64,000 nucleotides of DNA from an uncultured bacterium (GTDB lineage Bacteria; Chloroflexota; UBA5177; JANWHV01), in the NCBI GenBank assembly GCA_963827235.1, contig CAWHAE010000012.1, positions 416,001-480,000 on the forward strand, in the 5' to 3' direction. Positions 1 through 9,909 of this stretch are shown piece after piece. Position 1 is the stretch's first letter, and each line of letters starts with the position of its first letter. A program made the position numbers and the translations under genes. The notes beneath the pieces were generated by a model. It did no database searches, was not told where the DNA came from, and saw only the letters and a list, made by a program, of their open reading frames with translations.

Positions 1-86
1 GAGCAGATTTGGCGCCGATAGGCAACCGGCACGGAGGGGCCGGCCGGTCCGCGTAGTGCGAAGCAGCAGAGGTTCGAGGAGAAGCA

Positions 87-1550
87 ATGGCTACAGCAAC
101 CCGTACGGCACTGAACGACAGCTCGCTTTCCCTATTGTCCCGGCCGGTGACGCTCGCCGTGATTGTCGGCAACCGCGGATTCTTTCCCCACCATCTGGCA
201 GCAGAAGGGCGCGTCCGCGTCCTGGAGGTGCTCGAAAAGGCCGGTATCCGGGCGATTATCCCGGATGCAGGCGCCACCGACCACGGCGCTATCGAGTCAC
301 TTGAAGAGTCACGGCTGTGCGCGGATGTGTTTCGGCAGCATCGCGACGAGATAGATGGCATTCTGGTGACGCTCCCCAACTTCGGCGACGAGCGCGCCAT
401 TGCCAACGCGATCCGGTTTTCCGGTCTCGATGTGCCGGTCCTGATGCACGCCTTCGCCGACGATCCCAAGCACATGTCGCTCGAATCGCGCCGCGACAGT
501 TTTTGCGGCAAGATGAGCGCCTGCAACAACCTGCGCCAGTACAACATCAAGTATTCGCTGACCAGCTTGCATACGGTCGATCCAAGCCACCCATTGTTTC
601 TAGCCGACGTCCAGAAGTTCGCCGCCGTATGCCGGGTCGTACGCGGCATGCGCCACGCTCGCGTCGGCGTAGTGGGTGCCCGCCCGGCCAACTTCACGAC
701 CGTCCGGTTCAGCGAGAAGCTGCTCGAGCACGCCGGCATCAGCGTGGAGACGCTCGATCTGTCGGAAATATTCGGGCGCATCGACCGACTCGCCGACACC
801 GATGAAGCCGTAGTGGCGAAGCGGGCGGCCATCTCGCGCTACGCCAACACGAGCGCGGTGCCGGAGCTGGCGGTGATCAAGATGTCCAAGCTCGGCGTGG
901 TGCTCGACCGCTGGCAGGCTGAGCATCAGCTCGATGCGACGGCGATCCAGTGCTGGACGGCTATGGAGGAGTACTTCGGGGTCGTGCCGTGCACGGTGAT
1001 GAGCATGGCGAGCAACAGTCTGATGCCCGCTGCCTGCGAATCCGACGTTGCGGGCGTGCTGTCGATGCTTGCCATGGTGCTTGCGTCCGGCCGGCCCAGT
1101 GCCCTTCTCGACTGGAACAACAATTACGGAGACGATCCCGATAAGGGAGTGGTGTTCCACTGCTCGAACCTGCCCAAGACGATCTTCGTGGACGATATCG
1201 CGGTGATGGACTACCAGGCGATCATCGCCGGCACCGTCGGGCGGGACAACACCTACGGCACGGTGGTGGGCCGCGTACGCGAGAATCCCTTCACGTACCT
1301 GCGCATCTCGACCGACGATCTGGCCGGCGAAATCATGGCCTATCTCGGTGAGGGCGAGTTTACCAACGATCCCCTGGACACATTCGGCGGCTATGGCGTG
1401 GTGCGCGTGCCGCGCCTGCAGGACCTGCTGGCGTTCATCTGCGAGAACGGCTTCGAGCACCACGTGGCCGTGAATCAAACGCGCGTGGCCGCCGTGGTCG
1501 ACGAGGCGCTCAGCAAGTATCTCGAGTGGTCGGTCTACCACCACAAGTAG
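87..1550 (+). CDS. L-fucose/L-arabinose isomerase family protein
   Basis: 487 aa ORF, GAGGAG RBS; motifs LPNFGDE, RRDSFCGKMS, AIQCW, ACESD, FHCSN, NGFEHHVA typical of this family. Confidence 0.85.
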   Translation: MATATRTALNDSSLSLLSRPVTLAVIVGNRGFFPHHLAAEGRVRVLEVLEKAGIRAIIPDAGATDHGAIESLEESRLCADVFRQHRDEIDGILVTLPNFGDERAIANAIRFSGLDVPVLMHAFADDPKHMSLESRRDSFCGKMSACNNLRQYNIKYSLTSLHTVDPSHPLFLADVQKFAAVCRVVRGMRHARVGVVGARPANFTTVRFSEKLLEHAGISVETLDLSEIFGRIDRLADTDEAVVAKRAAISRYANTSAVPELAVIKMSKLGVVLDRWQAEHQLDATAIQCWTAMEEYFGVVPCTVMSMASNSLMPAACESDVAGVLSMLAMVLASGRPSALLDWNNNYGDDPDKGVVFHCSNLPKTIFVDDIAVMDYQAIIAGTVGRDNTYGTVVGRVRENPFTYLRISTDDLAGEIMAYLGEGEFTNDPLDTFGGYGVVRVPRLQDLLAFICENGFEHHVAVNQTRVAAVVDEALSKYLEWSVYHHK

Positions 1551-1559
1551 AGTCTGGCG

Positions 1560-1601
1560 GGACAGGAGAAGGACGAGCCGCGGCTCCTCCTTCTCCTGTC
1601 C
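1560..1601. terminator. Near-perfect 42-nt palindrome, probable bidirectional terminator
   Basis: GGACAGGAGAAGGA-C-GAGCCGCGGCTC-C-TCCTTCTCCTGTCC between convergent genes. Confidence 0.7.
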
Positions 1602-1778
1602 TTGGCTCGGCGATCGGTCCCTGCGCCGTCCCTGTCACTTGAGGCGCAGGGGCGGCGCCGTCTACGGGATGACAGCGTTCACCGATTCAGATGCAGCCCT
1701 CACGTGGCTGGGGTCGCGGTCGTCCTTCGTTCCGGCACGGACGCGGCGATCGAGGGGACGCACGGAGGTGCGACCGCG

Positions 1779-2984
1779 TCACGGTGTCTGAGACTCGCTC
1801 GGAGTGTCGGCCACGGCCCGTGGCTGGGCTTGCTCGGCGCTCGAAGCATCGCCGGTCAGGACGAGTAGCGTGGCCGGGCCGAGCATGAGCAGCCACATGG
1901 ACGTGGCGAGGCCGAATCGCTCGCAGGCGAGGCCGATCAGGATTGGTATGGCGCTGCCGACCAGGCCTGCGGCGTTGGCGAGCACCAGGACGGAACCGCT
2001 GGCGTTTGGGATCTCGTCGTAGAGACGCGCCTGTGGAATGGCATACCAGGACGCGTCAAGCATGCCCAGGACGGCGAGGGCCACCAGCTTCGAGGCGAAG
2101 CCCGGTAGCAGGAGGAAGGCAGGGAAGACGGGGAGCGCCAGCGCGGCGCTGACACGAAGCTGGCGCATGCCGGGTATGCTCCCCAGCAGCCGGAGCAAGA
2201 CCGCATCGCCAATCAGGCCGGACAGCGTAAGCACGAGAACTGCTGCTCCAGCCTGCCCGGCGCTCGCTCCGGCAACGTCGACCGCGTACAACGCGACGTA
2301 CCCGGTCAGGACATCGCCCATCAGGTCGCCGGACTCTAGCAGGATGAGCCAGCGCACGACTCGCCAGGTGCGCAAGGCGGCGAGCGCCGCGCGAGCGCCG
2401 GCCACCACATCGGTCGACTGGCCCGCGTCCGTGGCCTGGCTGCCGGCAAGGGCCACGATCGCCACGCTCAGCAAGGCGAAGAGCAGGAACAGCGGCCGCC
2501 AACCGTGGCCGGTGCCGACCATGGCGATCAATAGCAGCGGGCCGACTACGACGCCGATTGACCCTGCAAGAGTCCAGCGCGCCATGTGCACGTCGCGGTA
2601 CGCGGGTTCGATGTCCATGAGGGTTGCCTGCGACAGGCTGACGAAAGCCCCGGAGGCCGGGTAGAGCATGACGGATGCCAGCAGCAGCAGCGGCATGCTC
2701 ACAGCGACACCGATTAATATGAGTGACCCGGCAAATACCGCGCCGCCAGCGAGGACCAACGCCCGCCGTCTGCCCGTGTCGGCGAGCAGCCCCAGGAGCG
2801 GCTCAACGACCGCGGCGACGATCTCGGGCAGGGAGATCAACAGACCGATGCCCGCGTAGCTCAGGTGCAGGTCATGGCGGACAAGCGGCCACGCCGCTTC
2901 GCGCGTGCCAAATACCAGCTCGTCCAGGAATTCGACGGCGAGCAGGGCTGCGGTCAGGCCGAGAATATGGTGCCGGGCAAAGCG
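1779..2984 (-). CDS. MFS transporter (true start uncertain, upstream of the ORF-track start at 2840)
   Basis: Multiple hydrophobic segments; frame stays open upstream of 2840 encoding LLAVEFLDELVFGTREAAWPLVRHDLHLSY up to a TGA at 2987-2985. Confidence 0.8.
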   Translation of the reverse strand, partial: RFARHHILGLTAALLAVEFLDELVFGTREAAWPLVRHDLHLSYAGIGLLISLPEIVAAVVEPLLGLLADTGRRRALVLAGGAVFAGSLILIGVAVSMPLLLLASVMLYPASGAFVSLSQATLMDIEPAYRDVHMARWTLAGSIGVVVGPLLLIAMVGTGHGWRPLFLLFALLSVAIVALAGSQATDAGQSTDVVAGARAALAALRTWRVVRWLILLESGDLMGDVLTGYVALYAVDVAGASAGQAGAAVLVLTLSGLIGDAVLLRLLGSIPGMRQLRVSAALALPVFPAFLLLPGFASKLVALAVLGMLDASWYAIPQARLYDEIPNASGSVLVLANAAGLVGSAIPILIGLACERFGLATSMWLLMLGPATLLVLTGDASSAEQAQPRAVADTPSESQTP

Positions 2985-3222
2985 TCAGCAGGGCGGGTGC
3001 GCTGTCTTCATATGCACAGTGTGGCCGAAGGCCGGCAATCCGTCCATTCCCTGGCTTTCCGACCACGCACGAACGGTGGGGGCGTTGAGTTGCCTGAGAT
3101 AGCCATACGCTCGTAAAGCCGGCGGCGCGCCTCGGCGCCGAGGCGCGCCGGTTCCATCAGGCACGGCGAACGGCTGCGCTCGCAGCAGGTCGCCCCGCGG
3201 AGCGCAGCCGAGCCATTGCCGG

Positions 3223-4407
3223 CTAGGTGTGCGCCGGGGTCGACGCGAGGTACGAGGCGATCTGCAGACGAACGTCCTGTACCAGGTTGCCGAGTGCTAG
3301 ATTGACGTCGGCGACGTGGAAGCCCCAACGAGCTCCCCCCTCCTGGGGCACTCGGGGCCGCCGGTCGCCGGCCGCCGCCGGGGTCACCTGCAGCCATGTG
3401 GCGTTACCTGCCGACTTGCAGACGGCGGTGTACTCGCCCGAGTACTCGACCCACGGCGTAGCGACCTTCGGGCCGGCCGGCGGTAGATCCGCCGTCGGAT
3501 AGAATGAGTCGAGCTTCGCCGTGCCGCCGGCGGGTGCGGCAGGATTGACGCAGAGGACGTGCAGATCATCGGTCGTCGAGACGCTGGCCTGCACGTCGAG
3601 ACCCTGGCGGGGCCGGCCGAAGTAACTGTCGGTTGGCGGTTGGCCCGGATACGACGAGTAGGCGATCGCGCAGCCGGTCTGGCGGGCCGAGGCGCACGGC
3701 GGGATGTTCGGGAGGCTGGTTATGGAGGGAGCCGACGCGGGTGCCGTGACGTTGCCGCCAAGAATGATCGCCGAAACCAGGCGCCGGCGTAGAACGAGAT
3801 TGGGATCGACCTGCGTGCGCAACAGCTCGATCAACATCGACGCTCCCTGAGAATGGCCGATGAATACGACTGGACGGCCGTCGTTGTAGTGCTTCAGGTA
3901 GTCCTGCCAACCGGCCAGGGTGCTCTGGTAGGCCACGATGTCCGGAACGGCGACCAGGGCGGCCGGGAGGGCCAACGAGATGAGAGTTCGCTGGCGATAC
4001 ATGGGTGCCCACACGCGGCACACCTGGGAAAAGCGAGAAGCCTGGGCAATGGCGACCGACGTCTCGGCTTCCTGCACCTTCAGGTCCGCATTGAGGCCTG
4101 TCTCGGTGCTGACGGTAGGGTAGACGTAAAAGCAGTCGACCGGCGGATTGGATGCCGGCCGGGCAACCTTCATCTCGCTCGAACCGTCGGCGTTCACCAC
4201 CGTGGTGGTAAGGTTCGCCGTGCATGGATTGGTCGCCAGCCCCGGCCGGCACAGCCACACCGTGCCCGACGCGTCTGTGCGGTCTACCGGGCCGGAACCG
4301 GCGCGGACAGCATAAACTTCACGGGCGCCGGTCGCGGCGCTGCTCGTGGCCACCAACAGGAGCGCGAGAGTGAAGCGGCCTAGCAGGCGGGGGGCGTGCA
4401 CGTGCAT
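3223..4407 (-). CDS. Secreted DUF3089-like alpha/beta hydrolase
   Basis: Signal-like N-terminus; WLCRP, DCFYVYPTVS, APMYRQ, GHSQG nucleophile elbow. Confidence 0.8.
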   Translation of the reverse strand: MHVHAPRLLGRFTLALLLVATSSAATGAREVYAVRAGSGPVDRTDASGTVWLCRPGLATNPCTANLTTTVVNADGSSEMKVARPASNPPVDCFYVYPTVSTETGLNADLKVQEAETSVAIAQASRFSQVCRVWAPMYRQRTLISLALPAALVAVPDIVAYQSTLAGWQDYLKHYNDGRPVVFIGHSQGASMLIELLRTQVDPNLVLRRRLVSAIILGGNVTAPASAPSITSLPNIPPCASARQTGCAIAYSSYPGQPPTDSYFGRPRQGLDVQASVSTTDDLHVLCVNPAAPAGGTAKLDSFYPTADLPPAGPKVATPWVEYSGEYTAVCKSAGNATWLQVTPAAAGDRRPRVPQEGGARWGFHVADVNLALGNLVQDVRLQIASYLASTPAHT

Positions 4408-4411
4408 GGCG

Positions 4412-4996
4412 TCAGGACGTAGCCTCCTCGAGTAGCTGCCGATACCGGAAGCAGTCGACCGTATGGTCGTTGACCATACCCGTTGCCTGCATGAGGGCAT
4501 AGCAGATCGTCGGCCCGACAAAGGTGAATCCGCGGCGCTTGAGGTCCTTGCTGACGGTGAGCGCCTCGGGAGTGACGGCCGGAATCTCCGACATGCTGGA
4601 CCATGCGTTTACCCGAGGGCGGCCGTCCACGAATCTCCAGATGTAGCTGTCGAAGCTGCCGAATTCCTCGCGAACTGCCAGGAAGGCACGCGCATTGGTG
4701 ATGGCGGCCAGTACCTTGGCCCGGTTACGAATAATCCCGGGATCGGCCAGCAGCACAGCTACCCGATCGGGGCCGTAGCCGGCGATTGCCGAGTAGTCGA
4801 AGTCGTCAAACGCGCGCCGGTACTGGCTTCGTCGCTGCAGCACGGTACTCCAGCTCAGACCAGCCTGCGCGCCCTCGAGCATGAGAAACTCGTACCACTT
4901 GCGGTCGTCGTGTACCGGCACGCCCCACTCGGCATCATGATAGAGGGTATACATCTCACCGGATACCCACGCGCAGCGAACCATGTCGGTGATCAT
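4412..4996 (-). CDS. tag: DNA-3-methyladenine glycosylase I
   Basis: RCAW, YHDAEWG, LEGAQAGLSW, IIRNRAK, FVGPTICYA, NDH..DC motifs. Confidence 0.95.
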   Translation of the reverse strand: MITDMVRCAWVSGEMYTLYHDAEWGVPVHDDRKWYEFLMLEGAQAGLSWSTVLQRRSQYRRAFDDFDYSAIAGYGPDRVAVLLADPGIIRNRAKVLAAITNARAFLAVREEFGSFDSYIWRFVDGRPRVNAWSSMSEIPAVTPEALTVSKDLKRRGFTFVGPTICYALMQATGMVNDHTVDCFRYRQLLEEATS

Positions 4997-5998
4997 AGTC
5001 CCGCATCACTCCTTCACCACGACGACATCGGCCAGCTACGTATCGGGCGGCTTCAGCCCGCTGTCACCTGGGCAAGCGCATCGGTTGCCGCGGCCGGCAG
5101 CACGCAAAGGGCATTCCTTCTATGGCACCCTACCCTGCAAGGATAGTCCTGCCCACGATCCACGATCAAGCGTGCGCCCGGCGAACGGCCGCCGCCGCGG
5201 GCAAATCATGCCACGGGCGGCCGGCGCAGGCGCCGTCTGTGGCTTGGCCGCGGCGCCCGGACAGCGGCCCAAAAACGGCTCGGAAAGTGGTCCACGGCAT
5301 GCCCAAGCGGGTGCACAGGGCGAGTTTCAGCGCCAAAGTAGGTCAATGTACGCATTAGCGGCGGCAGCGACTTGAATCTGCTCCCCCAGTATTATCTATT
5401 TGCGGTGGGGGACCGTGGGCGGGGTCGGCAGTGTGCCGCTACCATTGACCTGACGGAGCCGCCTGGACGCTCGACGCGTGCTCAGCGCGACGCGGCATTT
5501 GCCGTGCCCGGCAGCGGGCTGACCTCCTCTCTGTGCCGGTTCGCAGGAAGCTCGAGGAGGGGGACAGGGTGGCGTGGCTGATGCATAGGGACTGTGCTCG
5601 GCGCCGAAGCCTGCCAACTCCGCGGCTGCCTGCGCTTGCGATCGGCAGCCCTGCCGCTGATCGACCGCTTTGCGCGGCGGCGCAGAAGCGGACGACGCAG
5701 GAATCCCCAGGAGGTGGGCAACCACTTTTCTGTCCCGCAGGCGCCAAGAAAGCTCTGATGCCGGGTAGATGGACGGCAATGGATGGGGTAGGATGAGGAG
5801 GCCAAGCCCGATGCGTCTCGCCATCGACCCTGGTGGCGTTCCTCGGAACGGACCCATGTGCCGGTCCGGACATGGCGAGCTCGGTGCGGCGCTCTCCGGC
5901 TATCCGGGTGCTGAAGAGGGCGCCGTAGACGTGCACGGAAAACTTGACTTCCGCGTGCAGGGGAGAACATGAAACTCAGAGTGGACTGAGGCGCATCG

Positions 5999-7417
5999 TT
6001 GATTTTCCCGACCATACAGTTCGCGGCATTCTTCGCCTTTGTACTTCCGATCTCGTGGCTGTTGATGCCTCGGCCGGTGCTGTGGAAACTGTTCATCATC
6101 GCCGCGAGCTACTTCTTCTATGGTTATGCAGACTGGCACTTCGTCTTTCTGTTGGCCGGCTGCACGCTCTGGAACCAGACTCTTGGTGCGATCCTCGGTC
6201 GCCAGGGCCAGGCCGAACGACTGCGTACCCTCTGGCTGGGCCTGGCTCTGGCCGGCGACCTGGCGCTGCTCGGTTGGTTCAAGTACTACGGCTTCTTTGC
6301 CAGCAACTTTGCGACGATGAGCGCCAGGGTCGGGCTTCCGGCTCCGCTGCCGTTGCTGCAGGTCGCTCTGCCGGTCGGCATCTCCTTCTACACCTTCCAG
6401 GCCATGTCCTACGTGATCGACATCCGGCGAGGTCGCTCGCAGCCGGCGGGCTGGCTTGACTTTGCGGTCTACTCCTGCTTCTTCCCGCACCTGATCGCCG
6501 GGCCGATCGTGCGGGCCAGCGAGCTGGTGCCGCAGTTCGCCGCACCGCGCGATCCGACGAGGATCGAGGCTGCGCGGGCATTCGAGCTCATCGCGGGTGG
6601 ACTGCTGAAGAAGGTTGTGCTGGCGGACATGCTTGCCAGCAAGCTGGTCGATCCGGTATTCGGCTCGCCGAACGTGCACTCGCGCCTCGACATCATTGCC
6701 GCGGTCTACGGTTATGCCGTCCAGATCTACTGCGACTTCTCGGCGTACTCCGACATGGCAATCGGACTCGCCCTTCTGCTGGGCTTCCAGTTCCCCGCGA
6801 ACTTCAACAGACCGTACGCAGCGCTTACCCTCCAGGAGTTTTGGCACAGGTGGCACATGAGTCTATCGCGCTGGCTGCGCGACTACCTGTATATCGGGCT
6901 CGGCGGCAATCGCAAAGGCCGGGCGCGGACCTATGTCAACCTCATGCTCACCATGCTCCTGGGTGGCCTCTGGCATGGCGCCGCCTGGAACTTCGTGCTC
7001 TGGGGTGGAATCCACGGCGGCGGGTTGGCCACTGAACGCTGGATCGACGAGCGAAACGGCACTCGCAAGAGCGACCGTCCGGTGAAGCGTCCCGTGCTGC
7101 GCTGGTTCATTACCTTCAACGTTGTCTGTCTCTCGTGGGTATTCTTCCGCGCCTATAGCCTGGATACTGTCGGTGAGATGCTCAACCGCGTGGTATACGG
7201 CGGAGGCGTGACCACATTGACGGCACCGGTTCTGGCCGCCATTCTGGCCGGTCTCGCCCTCCAGTTCGTGCCGACCGCTCCCGTGCTCAAGCTGCGTCTC
7301 CTGTTCGCGCGTATCGGACCCGTGCCTCAAGGTATTGCCCTGGCAGCGATCCTGGTCATCAGCGGCGCCCTAGTCAGCGGTCAAGGTGTCGCACCCTTTA
7401 TCTACTACCAGTTCTGA
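5999..7417 (+). CDS. MBOAT family O-acyltransferase (AlgI/PatA/DltB-like)
   Basis: LPVGISFYTFQ, FFPHLIAGPI, DFSAYSDMA, FWHRWHMSLSRWLRDYLYI, GLWHG, C-terminal FIYYQF. Confidence 0.95.
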   Translation: MIFPTIQFAAFFAFVLPISWLLMPRPVLWKLFIIAASYFFYGYADWHFVFLLAGCTLWNQTLGAILGRQGQAERLRTLWLGLALAGDLALLGWFKYYGFFASNFATMSARVGLPAPLPLLQVALPVGISFYTFQAMSYVIDIRRGRSQPAGWLDFAVYSCFFPHLIAGPIVRASELVPQFAAPRDPTRIEAARAFELIAGGLLKKVVLADMLASKLVDPVFGSPNVHSRLDIIAAVYGYAVQIYCDFSAYSDMAIGLALLLGFQFPANFNRPYAALTLQEFWHRWHMSLSRWLRDYLYIGLGGNRKGRARTYVNLMLTMLLGGLWHGAAWNFVLWGGIHGGGLATERWIDERNGTRKSDRPVKRPVLRWFITFNVVCLSWVFFRAYSLDTVGEMLNRVVYGGGVTTLTAPVLAAILAGLALQFVPTAPVLKLRLLFARIGPVPQGIALAAILVISGALVSGQGVAPFIYYQF

Positions 7418-8951
7418 GGGAGTACAGGTGTCCGCGCTACCCGACACCGAATTCAAGCAAATACAGCCCGTGGTAATGGCCCGCCGGCAAGCGGTACGTG
7501 TGGCGCCTGCGCGGGCTGTTGCCGTGGAAAGCAGTGCGGAGTCTACGCTCTCGCCAACCACGTCGATTCAGCGGGTGCTACTGACGATTGGCATCGCGCT
7601 CGTGCTGGGTCTCCTGCTCAACGCGCGGTCCATCCGGCATGATGCCGACGGTATGGACGACGGATTCGCTCGGGACATGACTGTTCGGGTAGGCGATACA
7701 GCTCTGTGGATCTCGACACACACCGGCCTTTCCTGGCCGCGCGACCAGATTGATGCGATGCTCGGGAACACCATCCAGCCTTCCATCCCGCCGCTGCTGC
7801 AGATGTACGGCGACGGATCTCAGACGGAGCTTGACATTCCTGCCGTCGATCCGCCCATGCAGCAAATCGGCGATCTGTCCGGCGGTCCGGGCTACTCCGC
7901 GCCCGCCGGCCCGGCGCTGGCGGCCCTCGTGAAGCCGAGCGCGACGCCGGTACCTCCCACTCCGGTGCCTCCGACGGCGTCGCCCACACCTCGTCCGACC
8001 AGCACGTCGACGCCCGTGGTCAAGCGTGAAGCGATATGCGACGGCACGCTCGTGGCGGCATCATGCCGAGGCACCGCCGTTCCCACGTACTCCGCCTCGC
8101 GTCGCGTTCAAGGGGCCGCTCATCCGGCCACTCGCGGCTTGAGCTCGTCTGCGTCCTCCTGCGTACATTGGCACAACGTCGGATGTGGGCCGCGCCCGCC
8201 GATTACCCTGCAGGCGACGCGCACGAGCACGCCGCGGCCCACGAGTACCGTGCGTCCGACCAGCACGCCGATCCCCACGGCCACGCCGACGGCAGGCCCA
8301 CCGCCGCGCGTAATCACCGGTGCGGCGCCGTTGCGATTGCTGGTGACTGGAGATTCGCTGTCGGGCTACCTGGCGCCACAGCTCGTGGACGAAGCCGCGG
8401 CCGTCGCACCGGTGGTAGGGTTCGTGGACACGCACAATGGCACCGGGCTAACCCGGCCGGACTTCGTGGATTGGTCGCTCGTGGCCACGCAGCAGGTCGC
8501 GGCGGACAAGCCGGACGCGGTGGTGGTGATTATCGGCGGCAACGACTTCCAGAATATGACCATGCCGAATGGACAGGTTCTGCAAGCGGGCACGCCCGCG
8601 TGGACGCGGGAGTACCAGCGCAGGGCCGAGGTCTGCATGCGGATCTGGGCTCAGGGAGGAAGCAAGCGCGTCTACTGGCTATCTATGCCGCCTGCACGCA
8701 ACAGCACGTGGGCGTTCGACGACAGCCAGATCAACAGGGCGCTGCGGGCGGCAGCGGCGGCCGTGCCCGGCGCCGAATTCCTCAACGTGTTAGGCCCGGT
8801 CACAGACCACGGCAAATACGTCGACTACGTGCACTGGCACGGCGGCTGGCTGCTCATTCGCGAGCCGGATGGCGTGCACCTCAACGCGGACGGTTCGCGC
8901 ATTGTCGCGGGTGAAGTACTGGATGTGCTCAAGCGGGTGTGGCACCTGTAG
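7386..8951 (+). CDS. Membrane-anchored SGNH/GDSL (DUF459-like) protein with Pro/Thr stalk; partner of the MBOAT
   Basis: N-terminal TM, PT-rich linker, GDSL, GGND and DGVH catalytic blocks; start codon uncertain. Confidence 0.8.
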   Translation: MSHPLSTTSSEGVQVSALPDTEFKQIQPVVMARRQAVRVAPARAVAVESSAESTLSPTTSIQRVLLTIGIALVLGLLLNARSIRHDADGMDDGFARDMTVRVGDTALWISTHTGLSWPRDQIDAMLGNTIQPSIPPLLQMYGDGSQTELDIPAVDPPMQQIGDLSGGPGYSAPAGPALAALVKPSATPVPPTPVPPTASPTPRPTSTSTPVVKREAICDGTLVAASCRGTAVPTYSASRRVQGAAHPATRGLSSSASSCVHWHNVGCGPRPPITLQATRTSTPRPTSTVRPTSTPIPTATPTAGPPPRVITGAAPLRLLVTGDSLSGYLAPQLVDEAAAVAPVVGFVDTHNGTGLTRPDFVDWSLVATQQVAADKPDAVVVIIGGNDFQNMTMPNGQVLQAGTPAWTREYQRRAEVCMRIWAQGGSKRVYWLSMPPARNSTWAFDDSQINRALRAAAAAVPGAEFLNVLGPVTDHGKYVDYVHWHGGWLLIREPDGVHLNADGSRIVAGEVLDVLKRVWHL

Positions 8952-9312
8952 GCCCAAAGCACGGCACGCGGCCTGAACGAGTTGGCGGTTGTGTCGTGTG
9001 CCATCGCTCAGCGTAGGTTCCCGATTGCTGCCCGCACGAGCCGGTTCGGTACAGGCGATCCGGTGCCGCGCCTCGGATCCGAATGCCGTGATCCGGGGAT
9101 TTGGCCCGGCGAACCTGGGACCGGAGCCGTCTCGGCTGATTCGGGAAGAGCCCAGTCCGACTGCCGCGTCATGAGACAAGAGACACCTGCCTCACAGTGT
9201 CCGGCCGGCAGGGCTCAGCAAATAGCTAATCTGCGATGGGACTACACTGTGGTATGGCAGTGTGGCACTGCCGAGCACGCGCTCGTCGCTGTGCGGAAGG
9301 AGGTAACTCGCG

Positions 9313-9909
9313 ATGGTCAAAGTACTGATCGTGACGGGAGATGCAGGCGAGGCGCTCGAGATCATGTATCCCTTGCAGCGGTTGGCGGAGGAAGGCATCA
9401 CGGTGCACGTTGCCGCCCCGGAGCGCCGGCCGATCCAGACGGTGGTGCACGACTTCGTAGAAGGATTCGACACCTACACGGAGAAGCTGGGCTATCGCAT
9501 TCCTGTCGACATCGCGCTTGCCGACGTGCGGCCGGAGGAATACGCGGCACTGATTATTCCCGGCGGCCGTGCTCCCGAGTACTTGCGTAATAACGCGGAT
9601 GCGCTGCGCATCGTGCGCCATTTCTATGAGGCGCAAAAGCCCGTTGGCCAGTTGTGTCATGGTCCTCTGATCCCCGCGGCGGCGGGCCTGTTGCGGGGCC
9701 ACAGAACGGCCGCCTACAACGCTCTGGAGCCGGACGTCGTCATGGCCGGCGCCACGTTCGTCAACTCCGACGCCGTGGTGGATGGTCAGATAGTCTCAGG
9801 GCGAGCGTGGCCGGATCACCCGGGCTACATGCGCGAGTTCATGCGCCTGCTGCGGGCCGCCCTGGCCAAGGACGGCAGGGAAGCGTCACCGGCAGGAGCA
9901 AACACCTAG
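9313..9909 (+). CDS. DJ-1/PfpI family protein
   Basis: AAGGAGG RBS; IPGGRAPEYLR, LCHGP catalytic Cys, AWPDHP. Confidence 0.9.
   Translation: MVKVLIVTGDAGEALEIMYPLQRLAEEGITVHVAAPERRPIQTVVHDFVEGFDTYTEKLGYRIPVDIALADVRPEEYAALIIPGGRAPEYLRNNADALRIVRHFYEAQKPVGQLCHGPLIPAAAGLLRGHRTAAYNALEPDVVMAGATFVNSDAVVDGQIVSGRAWPDHPGYMREFMRLLRAALAKDGREASPAGANT

Noticed and set aside
9040-9280. Cobalamin-riboswitch-like fragments and small hairpins before pfpI
   Set aside because: Only GGGAAG/CTGCC fragments; conserved core not found
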